The notes beneath the pieces are model-generated. The model was not told the DNA's origin, did not search any database, and saw only the letters and a list, made by a program, of their open reading frames with translations. Positions 13,815-27,029 of a stretch of DNA of 64,000 bases are shown here, in pieces. Both the position numbers and the translations under genes were made by a program. The stretch is from Octopus bimaculoides (taxonomy: Eukaryota), in contig NC_068997.1 of the NCBI RefSeq assembly GCF_001194135.2, positions 5,075,643 to 5,139,642 on the forward strand. The letters are read 5' to 3'. Every line of letters starts with the position of its first letter. Positions within the stretch are counted from its first letter, which is position 1.

Positions 13815-13975
13815 CATATCTCCGTGTTTTTCTCCTTGTCTCCGTATTCTCTCTGTTGAAGAGCGTAGCTCGAAACGTCAAAGACTTTCCATATTCCCGA
13901 GCGTCATACTAATACATCCTTTTGTTATTTACACCACCTGTCCTCGTCTGTTGTTGTTTTTTCGTACATTCTCCC
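13815..13975 (+). mobile_element. Penelope-like element terminal (pLTR) remnant
   Basis: CTGTTGAAGAGCGTAGCTCGAAACGTC motif typical of PLE ends, abutting a (TA)n microsatellite. Confidence 0.55.
13848..13884 (+). ncRNA. Degenerate minimal type-I hammerhead ribozyme
   Basis: tctct-CUGUUGA-A-GAGC(gua)GCUC-GAAA-CG-UC-aaaga; one core mismatch (A6U); palindromic ACGU stem III. Confidence 0.5.
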
Positions 13976-14217
13976 ATATATATATATATACATATATATA
14001 TATACATACATACATATAAAATATATACATATATATATACATATAAATTTGACGTGGGCGATTCTTTCTTGTATATTTTCTTGTCTTGGAATTCGCGGTC
14101 AAACAGCTGGGTGGAATTGCGCGAAAAATTACACAGATGTGTAGAATGATCCAGTGGTGTTGCTGGGCTTTGTATTTTTTTCATAGCTCCCAAGGTTACG
14201 GAGATAATCTTGTGTTT

Positions 14218-15145
14218 ATGAATGAGAAAGGAAGGGGTGATGTCATACTTGGTAGTGGGATGATGAAAATTGTATGCTGAAAAAATAAATCAAACAGCAT
14301 TTCAACTCTGTGTGAATATATGTGTGTATGTAAAAGGAGAGTATGTGTGTGTGTGTGCATGTGTGTTTGTGTGTGTGCGTGCACAATGGAAGTGGGATGG
14401 TTAACATTCAACGCTGTAAAGAAAAATCAAATAGTGTTTCAACTCTGTGTATTTGGTATTTACTTAACCGCTCTTGTATTTAGTCACAGCCAGCTTTATG
14501 TATCCTTAAGTCAGACAAGAAGGAAGGAAAACTTTAAAATTCCTTTGATGGAAACAAGCACTCAAAGGATGTTAATTGCCAATAGATTTTTCACAAGTTT
14601 GGTAGTAAAAGAATTATTAAACTAAAAACTTGGTTTTGTAGCTTATCCACTATAATAATACTCTTGTGCTTTTCTCTGTCACAACATATGAATGAGAAAG
14701 GAAGGAGTGATAGATGAATAAAGAAGGGAGGAGTGATGGCAAACTTCGTAGTGGAATGATGGAAACGGTAAGGTGAAAAAGATAAATCAAACAGCGTTTC
14801 AACTCTGTGTGAGTTTATGGGTGTGTATGTAAAAGGGAGGTATGTGAAAGTTTGTGTGTGTGTGTGTGCAATGGAAGTAGGATGGTGAACATTCAATGCT
14901 GAAAAGAAAGATCAAACAGCGTTTCAACTCTGTGTATTTAGTATTTACTTGCCAGCTCTGATATTTAGTCACAGCCAGCTTTATGTGGCCTTAAGTCGGA
15001 CAAGAAGGAAGCAAAACTTGAAAATTCTTTTGAAGGAAACAAGTAAGTCAAAGGATGTTAGTTGCTGATAGATTTTTCACAAAAAGTTTAGTAATAAAAG
15101 AATTATTAAACCAAAATCTTGGTTTTGTACCTTATTTATATATAA
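14218..15145 (+). repeat. Diverged direct tandem duplication of a ~450-470 bp unit
   Basis: Units at about 14218-14655 and 14688-15145 are co-linear (atgaatgagaaaggaagg...cttggttttgta.cttat). Confidence 0.9.
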
Positions 15146-17974
15146 ATTACTACAATTAGTTATCATTTTTGACAGCACGGGGCCCAGCTAGTATANNNNN
15201 NNNNNNNNNNNNNNNNNNNNNNNNNNNNNNNNNNNNNNNNNNNNNNNNNNNNNNNNNNNNNNNNNNNNNNNNNNNNNNNNNNNNNNNNNNNNNNNNNNNN
15301 NNNNNNNNNNNNNNNNNNNNNNNNNNNNNNNNNNNNNNNNNNNNNNNNNNNNNNNNNNNNNNNNNNNNNNNNNNNNNNNNNNNNNNNNNNNNNNNNNNNN
15401 NNNNNNNNNNNNNNNNNNNNNNNNNNNNNNNNNNNNNNNNNNNNNNNNNNNNNNNNNNNNNNNNNNNNNNNNNNNNNNNNNNNNNNNNNNNNNNNNNNNN
15501 NNNNNNNNNNNNNNNNNNNNNNNNNNNNNNNNNNNNNNNNNNNNNNNNNNNNNNNNNNNNNNNNNNNNNNNNNNNNNNNNNNNNNNNNNNNNNNNNNNNN
15601 NNNNNNNNNNNNNNNNNNNNNNNNNNNNNNNNNNNNNNNNNNNNNNNNNNNNNNNNNNNNNNNNNNNNNNNNNNNNNNNNNNNNNNNNNNNNNNNNNNNN
15701 NNNNNNNNNNNNNNNNNNNNNNNNNNNNNNNNNNNNNNNNNNNNNNNNNNNNNNNNNNNNNNNNNNNNNNNNNNNNNNNNNNNNNNNNNNNNNNNNNNNN
15801 NNNNNNNNNNNNNNNNNNNNNNNNNNNNNNNNNNNNNNNNNNNNNNNNNNNNNNNNNNNNNNNCATTATTATTATCATTTAATGTTCATGTGCTATGCTG
15901 GCATCATTTAACGTCTATGTTCTATGGGTTGGATGATTTGACAGGATGCAATATGTCCAAAGACTGCATCATGCTCCTATTCTTGCTTTTGTATAGTTTT
16001 TATGGTTAGACATCCTTCCTATTGCCAATCACTGTCCAGTGTGTATTAGGTGCTTTGTTTTCATGACACCAGCACTGGTGAGGTTGCCATGCAGCCAGCA
16101 AGACAAAGATTCCCTTCAGCTGAGTGGGGTTACAGTAGAGAAGGGAGATGGTTTTTATGCTGTGCGATGAGAAGTTAAAAGTGTGAGAGAAGGAGCTAGA
16201 ACAGAACTGATTTTTTGTTGTAGAAGAGCTACACGGCCACTCACATTATTGAAGAGAGAGTGGGAATGGCTAGGGTGGAGGAGGTAAGAAATGAAAATAG
16301 TAGTGATGAGGTGTCGGGGTTGACCCTCAAGGTAGTGAGTTGAGTTGAAGTGAATGAGGGACAGATAAATGGGAAGTATGAGTAGATAGGGGTTACAAGA
16401 GTGTATAGGAGAGTGAGAGATGGTTAGAGATGAGGAATGAGTGAGAGGATGAATGTAATGAAGAACAAATGTTCATTAACTCCAACAGGTTAATAATTAT
16501 ATATTGAATATATATATATGCATCCTCATAATACACACACACACACACACACGTAAGTGGTTCTGTAGATATATGTAAGCAATATGGAATTGAGCCCAGG
16601 GAAGCGAGTATGGGACTAATATTCCAGTAGCATCTGGTTTTATAAAAATTGAGTGAAGGAAAAAGATGCTGATGATAATGACAATGATAATAATTATGAT
16701 TATGGTTATTATCTTGGTGGTGGTGGTGGTGGTGGNNNNNNNNNNNNNNNNNNNNNNNNNNNNNNNNNNNNNNNNNNNNNNNNNNNNNNNNNNNNNNNNN
16801 NNNNNNNNNNNNNNNNNNNNNNNNNNNNNNNNNNNNNNNNNNNNNNNNNNNNNNNNNNNNNNNNNNNNNNNNNNNNNNNNNNNNNNNNNNNNNNNNNNNN
16901 NNNNNNNNNNNNNNNNNNNNNNNNNNNNNNNNNNNNNNNNNNNNNNNNNNNNNNNNNNNNNNNNNNNNNNNNNNNNNNNNNNNNNNNNNNNNNNNNNNNN
17001 NNNNNNNNNNNNNNNGGTGGTGGTGGTGGTGGTGGTGGTGGTGGTGGTGGCGGTGGCGGCGGTGTTGATGGCAGTGGCAGCTGCAACAGTGGGAGTGCTA
17101 GTGGTAGCAGAACTAAATTAAAGATGATAAGGATGAAAAATGTCTATCACCTTGATGATTATGCTTATGATGATGACAAACATCATGCTGATAATATTGA
17201 CGATAATGACTTTGATCTTGACTGTTGTTATGATGATGACAATGATCATGATGAGTGAACTTATCAAGAACGGCAATTATGATGATGGTGATAATGATAA
17301 TGTTCATGGTGGTGGTACTGCTGCTGCTGCTAGAAATAGCAGTTGAGATGGTGAGGAGGAAGACGATGAAAGTGATGATATTGTATAATTAAGAATGATT
17401 ATTTAAGAGTTGTTTCTTATGATTCATTTCATGTTTCTTTTGCAATAGACACACCCTGTTTATATTTAGTTTTCCTTCTTTTTTATTGTATATCTGTGCA
17501 AGAGAGAGATGGGCAAACATATTTACATACACACACGCACACACACACGCATATACACATACACACCATATACATACACACATATATACACATACACACA
17601 CATGCATCCACACATAAACACATACACACACATACATGCACACACATACATGCACACGCATATACACATACATATACAAATACATATATCATCACCATCA
17701 TCATTTAATATCTGTCTTCTATGTTTGCCAGGTTTGACTGGATCTAATGAGTTAGAGAACTGCATCAAGCTCCATATCTGCTTTGGCATGGCTTGTATGG
17801 CTAAATAACCTTCCTAATGCTAACTATTTCACAGCATGTCCTGTGTGCAATTTTTCGTGGTACCACTCATAAGATATTGATCCACCCAGGCTTATAGTAG
17901 AACATACCCAAGCCTGAAGCCATAACTGCATGGTTTTAGAGCAGACTATCATACCTGTGTCTTTATATAATTCT

Positions 17975-18825
17975 GTATGACGCATGCGTACGAACAACCA
18001 TGCTACATGGCAGTGAAACATGGGCTGTAACTGCTGAGGACATACGTAAGCTCGCAAGGAATGAAGCCAGTATGCTCCGTTGGATGTGTAATGTCAATGT
18101 GAATACCCGTCAGAGTGTAAGTATCTTGAGAGAAAAGCTGAACATTAGAAGCATCAGTTGTGGCGTGCAAGAGAGACGATTGCGCTGGTATGGACATGTG
18201 GTGAGAATGGAGGAGGATAGCNNNNNNNNNNNNNNNNNNNNNNNNNNNNNNNNNNNNNNNNNNNNNNNNNNNNNNNNNNNNNNNNNNNNNNNNNNNNNNN
18301 NNNNNNNNNNNNNNNNNNNNNNNNNNNNNNNNNNNNNNNNNNNNNNNNNNNNNNNNNNNNNNNNNNNNNNNNNNNNNNNNNNNNNNNNNNNNNNNNNNNN
18401 NNNNNNNNNNNNNNNNNNNNNNNNNNNNNNNNNNNNNNNNNNNNNNNNNNNNNNNNNNNNNNNNNNNNNNNNNNNNNNNNNNNNNNNNNNNNNNNNNNNN
18501 NNNNGTGGCCGTTGCCAGTACCGCCTGACTGGCTCCTGTAGGATTTTAGAGCGAGATCGTTGCCAGTGCCCCTGGACTGGCTTGTGCGGGTGGCACATAA
18601 AAGACACCATTTCGAGCGTGGCCGTTTTCGTGCGGGTGACACATAAAAGCACCCACTACACTCTCTGAGTGGTTGGCGTTAGGAAGGGCATCCAGCTGTA
18701 GAAACTCTGCCAAATCAGACTGGAGCCTGGTGTTGCCATCCGGTTTCACCAGTCCTCAGTCAAATCGTCCAACCCATGCTAGCATGGAAAGCGGACGTTA
18801 AACGATGATGATGATGATGATGATT
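17975..18825 (+). mobile_element. RTE-clade LINE 3' fragment with (GAT)n tail
   Basis: MLHGSETWAVTAEDIRKLARNEASMLRWMC...RRLRWYGHVVRMEED; gap 18222-18504; 3' UTR ending in gatgatgat. Confidence 0.88.
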
Positions 18826-19069
18826 TATGTGTAATTTATTCTATTTACCTTTCTACACATATTTTAGGAATTGCAGAATGGCACAGTTCAGGCACTTTTT
18901 TTTAATTTAAAAAAAAAATTTTTGTTTAGAAACAGTGTGATGAAAGATTATACAGAAGTACTTTCCCCTGGTTGACTTCCTTGTTGCTAACTGACTTCAA
19001 TCCATTACTCTTTTAGTCAATCTCAATCATTAATCTATCATTGGTAATCCACAGTATTAGGCTGCACTA

Positions 19070-19290
19070 AGACGGCGAGCTGGCAAATTCATTTATAGAC
19101 TGGGTGAAATGCTTAGCGACATTTCGTCTGTCTTTATGTTCTGAATTCAAATTCTGCCATGGTCAACTTTCTCTTTCATCCTTCCAGAGTCAATGAAACA
19201 AGTACCAGCTGAGCACTGAGGTTGATGTAATCGACCTATCCCCACCTCCGAAATTGCTGGCCCTGTGCTAAAATCTAAAACCGTTATATA
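19070..19290 (+). mobile_element. SINE family B (representative). Other copies at about 4310-4520-, 11600-11740+, 23425-23630+, 35960-36080+, 45283-45420-, 45470-45585-, 48500-48650+, 48662-48840+
   Basis: Recurring ggcgagctggca...ttcaaattc...actttgcctttcatcctt...gtcgataaaataagtaccag...gatgtaatcgac, often with an (ATT)n tail. Confidence 0.85.
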
Positions 19291-21582
19291 GGCTGCATGC
19301 CAATGCAAGAATGATCACACTAATGTTTCTACAAGTTTCTGTATTGTTTTTGTTATCTGGAACATTTGCATTTATACATGTACAACAATAATTTGAATAC
19401 ACACACGGGAGAATGAATATGACAGTTATAAATCATCATGGTATAAAATATTTTAGTTACATGTATGAAAATTGTTGATGGTTATTAATGACAGAGAAAT
19501 AGGAAAAAAATGAGAACACCTTATCACAAAACTGAATGATAGAATTCTGTGTTGCACCCGAGGTTCTTCTATCTGGTAACCCAAAATCCCAGTTTTTACA
19601 ATGCCCCATGGAACTTCTAGGAAGTTAGACCAGATTATTCAGCAGGAAGATTTCAGTTGATTTAGTTAGACACCAGCCAACCTGATTGGCTGATCCATGT
19701 TTAAATAGGTGTTAATGAATTTTATGGTAACACAATTAATTTTTCCAAACTGGCTTTAGCTTTTATTGCTGTTTAGGAGGCTATGGTCCTGAGCCGAGGA
19801 AAATGAACATGATGGTTCAAATCTCAGTGGGAGTCTTGCTACACTCCTTAAACACTTTTCTATTTCCAGTACACTCTATACAAGTATTCTGCCATCAAGT
19901 AACTTTAAGTGCATCCTGTATCCTTGCCTTTTTATTAGTTTATTTGAGTGGGAAGGACAAGCACAGGGCTTCCAAGACCACTGATGTCAAAGCAATTAAT
20001 GTTTTTGAACTGGGAGGATTGGCTATAATATGAAGGATGAGAGGAGAGATGAATTCCGGACATATGACCAACCAGCTCTGACCAGCATTGTGGACTTTGC
20101 TTTCCCATAATTCTTTAATACACTTTAGGAAATTATTGTAATATACTCCTTTATCATCATCATCATCATCATCATCATTGTTGTTGCTGTTGTTAACATT
20201 ACTTTAGCATGCACTTTCCCATGCTTGCTTACAACAAATTAAATTTGTTGAGGCATAAATTCCATGTCTAAATGCTCTTACTGTTACCACCCTCACCTGT
20301 TTCCAAGCAAAACAATATTTCTCCTAGTCCTTCAGACTTGAACAGCACAACAGCTAGACATGTTTTCATGGAAGATTGCAAATGAATGCCATTGCTCATA
20401 TGGTGGTGATGTTTGTCTACAATTAGCATGTGATGTCAAGACACTTACACACATATAAAGTCTTCTTTCAGTTTCCATGTACCAACTCCATCACAAGGCT
20501 CTAGTTAACCTGGAGCTATAATAGAAAACACTTGCACAGTGGGATTTGAATATGAAACCCTGTGGATACATAATGAAGTTCTTAGCCATACATGCACCCA
20601 TATTTTGCATATATTCTCACTCAAGTACTATCTACTACTCTCTGCACAAGTATTCCAGCTGCTGTTAAACTTTAATGTCATTCTCTGCATATAGAATGTC
20701 CTTATAACCAAACTTTACCATTACCTTTCTATGCATTTGCAATCATCAACAGTAATACTGTGAATGTTTGGGTTGTCCCAAGAATTTTTAGAAGGGGAAC
20801 ACCACTTGTCCCCAATAGCTGTGTATAATTGAGTGTGCATACATCTTTATTTTATTTATTTTGCTGGTTTCTTTTCTCCGTTTATTTCACAGTTTACTTT
20901 TGTAAATTTATGTTCTTTGTCACTGAATTATTGCAAATAAAGACAGTCTTTCATTTTCTATTCTTTTGTTCAGAAATCCATATTCATCTGATGAATCTAT
21001 AAAATTAGATATACTTCCTCATTCTTAATAGTGAAATGAAACTTCAATTGCTTTTATTTTAAAATTTTGACCTCACCATTTTCTGAAAGACGAGCCATTT
21101 TTAAAGCTATCACTATTTATCTCCCTTCTTTCTTGAAACACAGCAAGCAATTGGATTTCAATTCCAATTCAGAACTGCTTATGGTCAAGTTGTCTCTGCT
21201 CTAATTGAAAGGCATAACCATTGCAAATTCTCATTCTCTGTCCTGTCTCATTTTTGCCATATATCTTCAACCTTTTTCATTTTCTTGCATTTCTATCAAG
21301 ATCACTTCCTGAATAAATCGGCTCTTTACAGTCATTTTTTGTGTGACTTGTCTTATCTGCTTTTCACTATGTCAGGGCAGGAAGGTTCTTTACTTTATCT
21401 ATTGTTTTTAATCACTATTGTATATAAGTTGAACAATCTCATAATATGCTCGTATAATGCTCTTATTATTTTATTAACAACTGTTATTTATTGTAAAATA
21501 TAACAATAGACTGCAAAACCATAACTTGACAAGGAGCAGAGTAAAGTTAGTTGAATCAACGGTAGTTTATGGCTATTATGTA

Positions 21583-22430
21583 CAGGGTGTGGGGAATGAA
21601 TTGTCGTCTAAATTACACAAAAATGAAAATAACACTGACATCTCATTTTAATAGATATATTTACCAAAATTACATAAAAATATCTTGAAATACTAAAGGG
21701 TAAATTTATTCAATATAATCGCCATTGGCTTCAACTATGGCCTCCAGACAACTTCAAAATCTTCTGCAACTGTTCCGGACAGTCTCTTTGTTTAAGTTGG
21801 TGAATGCTGCCATAGTCCTTGCCTTCAGTTCATCTTTGGTGTTACAAGGAGTTTTGTTGGTCTCTCCTGCAGCTGCACCCCACACATAATCAAGAGGATT
21901 GCAGTCTGGCGAGTTAGGTGGCCAGATGTTAGGGGTGATGTGGTCGCAGAAATTATCTGACAGCCTTGACTGGGTTCTCTTGCTTGTGTGGCATGGTACA
22001 GAGTCCTGTTGCCAGACACAGGGTCTTCCAGCAGCCATCCAAGGCAGCACTACCTCTTCCAGGCAGTTGATGTAGGCCTCTGTGTTGAGTCTGAGGCTGT
22101 GTCAGAAGATGAATGGAGGCATAACATCGCCATCACTCCAAACATCATGATGTTGATTGGATGTTAGATTTTTATCACTCTCAGTACATGTTTTGGGAAC
22201 ACGGCAAATATTCAGATTGACACTCAAGCACTCTGAAATGTTCATAGTGGAGATTCTGGTGTGAATGCCAAGCAGCAGAGCATGTTGTGTCCAAACTTTT
22301 GGCAGAGTGAATTGCGTCATGGTGCTGTTTTTCTCACAGACGGTGCCCAGCTGACCCTACTATACTGTGTAGCCGACAAAATCAAAAGCAATGCGCATGC
22401 GTAAAATTAAAAATATAAAATCGCACTCTG
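21583..22430 (-). mobile_element. Tc1/mariner maT (DD37D) internally deleted element, copy 1
   Basis: TA-flanked CAGGGTG... ends; transposase remnant WQQDSVPCH...WPPNSPDCNPLDYVWG with 37 aa between the last two catalytic Asp. Confidence 0.88.
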
Positions 22431-23312
22431 TATATATATATATATATATATATACACTTTTATAGTTATATACCTCGAAACATGGAAGGAATTATTTGCA
22501 AAAATAATCCAAGATTTCAGATCATAAAGACATGACAGATGTCAGACTGGTACTGCTCTGCCATTTTTGCCACAACACTGGCTTATTTTGTTATGTATAA
22601 ATACTGATTTCAAATTTTGACNNNNNNNNNNNNNNNNNNNNNNNNNNNNNNNNNNNNNNNNNNNNNNNNNNNNNNNNNNNNNNNNNNNNNNNNNNNNNNN
22701 NNNNNNNNNNNNNNNNNNNNNNNNNNNNNNNNNNNNNNNNNNNNNNNNNNNNNNNNNNNNNNNNNNNNNNNNNNNNNNNNNNNNNNNNNNNNNNNNNNNN
22801 NNNNNNNNNNNNNNNNNNNNNNNNNNNNNNNNNNNNNNNNNNNNNNNNNNNNNNNNNNNNNNNNNNNNNNNNNNNNNNNNNNNNNNNNNNNNNNNNNNNN
22901 NNNNNNNNNNNNNNNNNNNNNNNNNNNNNNNNNNNNNNNNNNNNNNNNNNNNNNNNNNNNNNNNNNNNNNNNNNNNNNNNNNNNNNNNNNNNNNNNNNNN
23001 NNNNNNNNNNNNNNNNNNNNNNNNNNNNNNNNNNNNNNNNNNNNNNNNNNNNNNNNNNNNNNNNNNNNNNNNNNNNNNNNNNNNNNNNNNNNNNNNNNNN
23101 NNNNNNNNNNNNNNNNNNNNNNNNNNNNNNNNNNNNNNNNNNNNNNNNNNNNNNNNNNNNNNNNNNNNNNNNNNNNNNNNNNNNNNNNNNNNNNNNNNNN
23201 NNNNNNNNNNNNNNNNNNNNAGAGAGAGAGAGAGAAATGTATTTATATGTATGTATATATATGATGTGTATGTGTATTAAAGTATATATATATGTATATA
23301 CACACATATATA

Positions 23313-23363
<51 letters not shown>

Positions 23364-24779
23364 TGTCTGTTAATATATATAGCGTGTGCTATATATTCTG
23401 TCTGTTAATATATATATAGCATTGTAAGGCAGCAAGCTTGCAGAATTGTTAACATTCCGGGCAAAATGCTTAGTGGCATTCCGTCCATCTTTACGTATTG
23501 AGTTCAAATTCCACCAAGGCCAACTTTGTCTTTCATCCTTCTGGGACTGATAAAATGAGTGCCAGCAGAGCACTGGTGCCGATGCTATCAACTTATCCCT
23601 TCCCCTGAACTTGCTGGCTTTGAAACCAATATATATAGCGTTGTCTTCGTGAGATATTGTGTTTATCTAGCTATGTAACAATCTGTTTGTCTATCTAATT
23701 GTTCATATATCTCTCTCTCTCTCTCTCTCTATCTATTTGTTTATTTATTTATCTAGTCATTCAGTCAATCAATCATCTGTCAGTCTATATACCTCTTTGA
23801 TTCGTTTGGTATAGCAAACTTTATAGTATCTATGAGATGTTAACCATTCTATAGACTGGTATGTAGCTTATAATGTACAAAGGACACTTGAAATCTATTA
23901 ACTAATGTATTTAGTATATTTTTTTATATTCATCCCCATCCTTTTGGAAATAATCCCTTTGAGAGCATACATTGTAATCCCAGTAAATCTTCCCCAATTC
24001 AAAAGCACTGCAGAAGTCCTCTACCTGAAGGCTATCCAATATCAGGTATAGTGCCATTTGAACTTCATTTTTCTTCCAAGTGGTGCCTCCTCTATATCAC
24101 TTTGGTATTGGAAAACCTAGTGAAGATAGAAAGGGGAAGGTCAAGCTAGTATGGAGAGTACGAAACAAGTAGCATTTTGTTGGTTCTTTCTCACAAGCTG
24201 TGTCACATGTTCAGGTTTTCTGTGAGGATTTTCTGGTAGACTCCATTACTGATTCCATTCATAGAAGGAAGTTGGTGAATTGTTCAGTGACAGTCCTTGT
24301 AGATGAATTCACAATATTTGACTTTCCTTGTCATGCATGTACCACTCAAAGACCTAAGTTCAAGCATTTTTAGGATCTCAGTAGTAGATCTAACAAGCTT
24401 CATGCAAAATTTAGTACATTGCTCAAATGCGTTAGATCCCTTAAACATTTCAGAACTATTCCAACAATGTTACAAAACCTTATGTTATAATTAAATACAT
24501 GTATGTAGCATGAAATATGTTTATAGACTGACTTAATGCATTGGCTGTTGTTGATCATCATCTGTACACACATTTCCATTGAAGAATATAAACTACATCA
24601 TGTGTAGCCTGGAAACTTTCTGATAACATATTATAAATACCAGTAGATACAGGAATTCCACACAAATGTAAGAGCTGAATCAACTCTTGCATCTCTTATA
24701 AGGAAAACAATATCTACATCTGGGCCAAAAATATCTCACATAGAGACAAGGACTCAACATTTATAGAAAGGGTTAATCA

Positions 24780-25200
24780 GATTAAGTGATGTTAATGCAA
24801 AATAGGATATTGGCTAGTCATCTGAATAGAAAATAAGGTAATACAGAAAGATGTTATACCCAAAGATTGGCATAACAACAGCATTAGGCAAAGGAAATGG
24901 ACTAGAGAGACAAAACTGCAAAGGTATTAAAGTGTTGGACCAGGTTATGAAGGTTGCAGAAAGAGTTCTTGCAAAATTGATTAGGAATAAGATTAACCTG
25001 ATGAAATGCTGTTCAGGCTTTTAACCAGGAAGAACTACCAATGCCACCTTCCTAGTGAGACAACTGGAGAAGTACCTAGCTAGGAACAAGCTTCAGATTG
25101 TCCTAGTAATTATTAACCTTTGACAAAACCCTCTGCTTTATTATCTGTGAATCACTGAGGACAGATGAAATTGGCTTGTGAAAGTCAACGAGTTCAGCAA
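24780..25200 (+). mobile_element. Degenerate RTE reverse-transcriptase fragment
   Basis: Remnants of GIKVLDQVMKVAERV...FxPGRxTxxAxFLVRQL with frameshifts. Confidence 0.65.
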
Positions 25201-25284
25201 TAAATTTAACATGCAGGTAGAAGTTCATCAAATAACAATATATATATACATTCATGCACATATCTCACCCACACATACACACAC

Positions 25285-25396
<112 letters not shown>

Positions 25397-26624
25397 TATG
25401 TACTCTCCTGTTGGTTTCGATGTATGAGGATCCAACAGCCTACACTCTCTTTGTCAGTCATAATGCTTATGTCAGATGTGATATTTGAGTCCTGCCAATG
25501 GTTTGCAAAGAAACCCACAGATGTTGCAAATATGAGGATTACACGTTAGTGCAGATGGTATATTTGCAGCTGCTTTTCTCCTTTGCTTTGCACCCCTTAT
25601 CCTGTTAGTGCTGGTTGAAATAAAGTTTCTTATACCATTTTGACATGATAATCTCCATTCTGTTCACTCAAAGGTGTTGTGAACTGTATTAACTGCTGAG
25701 AGGTTACTCTTCAGATTGTCCTTATAAACTGAGCCATGGTCGACCAACATTCTTGTGCCCGCTATCAAGCTGACTGTACATGGGGACTTTGGGTACATAT
25801 ATAATTCCTTGCTAAATTTTTTGATGTGCACATTATCATTACTACATTTTAATGTGTGTTTGTCTATTTATATCTCAACATTTATATCACCATATATCCT
25901 CCTCTCTCTTGACCCCCTGTCTGTATCTTCTTTTATACTCACTGTCTTGTACCTTGAGAGTTTGCGTTGGAACTCCATCACTGCCATCTTTATCTTTTTC
26001 CCAACTCCTCCCAACACTACATAATGTGGGGGTAACCATGTTTCTCCTCTGTAACAAGACATTTATTCTTGAAACTCTGTTGTGCTTGAGCCTGCCAATG
26101 CCTCGCATAAAGCTACACCCCCCCCCTACCCACTTAATAGTAGGAACTTTTTTCATTTTCCTTTTTCTCTGTTCTTTTTTCTGTCTTGCATATTACTTGG
26201 CAACCTTACTAGTGACAATGGCATGAAAAATACACCCAATGCACACTTTACAGTGGTTGGCATTAGGAAGGGTGTGTAGCCATAGAAGCAATGCTAAAGA
26301 AGAACTTAGAGCTCAGTGCAGTGCTGTGACTCACTGAACTCTATGAAACTGTCCAACCTTTGCCAGCATGGAAATTGGACGTTAAATAATATGATGATTA
26401 TGGTGTGTATATACATACGCATACAAATTGAAATGGGTAGCTTATTAGCAATTAGAACTTAAAAGCGAAATTAATAGAGATCACAAAAGTCACAGAGGCT
26501 ACTGACTAGCACCTCTTTTCTAAAGAGTTAAAACTAACTCAAAGCTACAAACACAGTCTTAAGTAACTGACAAAGGTCCCCAGCATGCATGCACACACAC
26601 ACACACAAATATATATATATACAT

Positions 26625-26685
<61 letters not shown>

Positions 26686-27029
26686 CATATACACAGACAT
26701 ACACACAACACACACATAACTGTGCTTAAAAAATTTCTTTCCCAACCACATGGTTTCAGGTTCAGTCCTACAGCATGACACCTTGCTTGGCAAGTGTCTT
26801 CTGCTATAGCCGCAGGCCAACCAAAGCCTTGTGAGTGGATTTCATAGATGAAAACTAAAAGAAGCCCACCATCAATATTCTTGGACTGGGTCACCTGACC
26901 TGGTTACTTGCAAGAGAATGGACTTTGCTAACAGTACCTTAGGTACCAGGTGGTGCTATTAAACTGGGTGATGGCTAGAGGAAGGGGAAGGATTGCGTAT
27001 TGGAGCTTGAGTAATACACACACGCACAG

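Noticed and set aside
16653-17258. Gly/Asp-rich 201-aa ORF
   Set aside because: (GGT)n/(GAT)n repeats spanning a gap.
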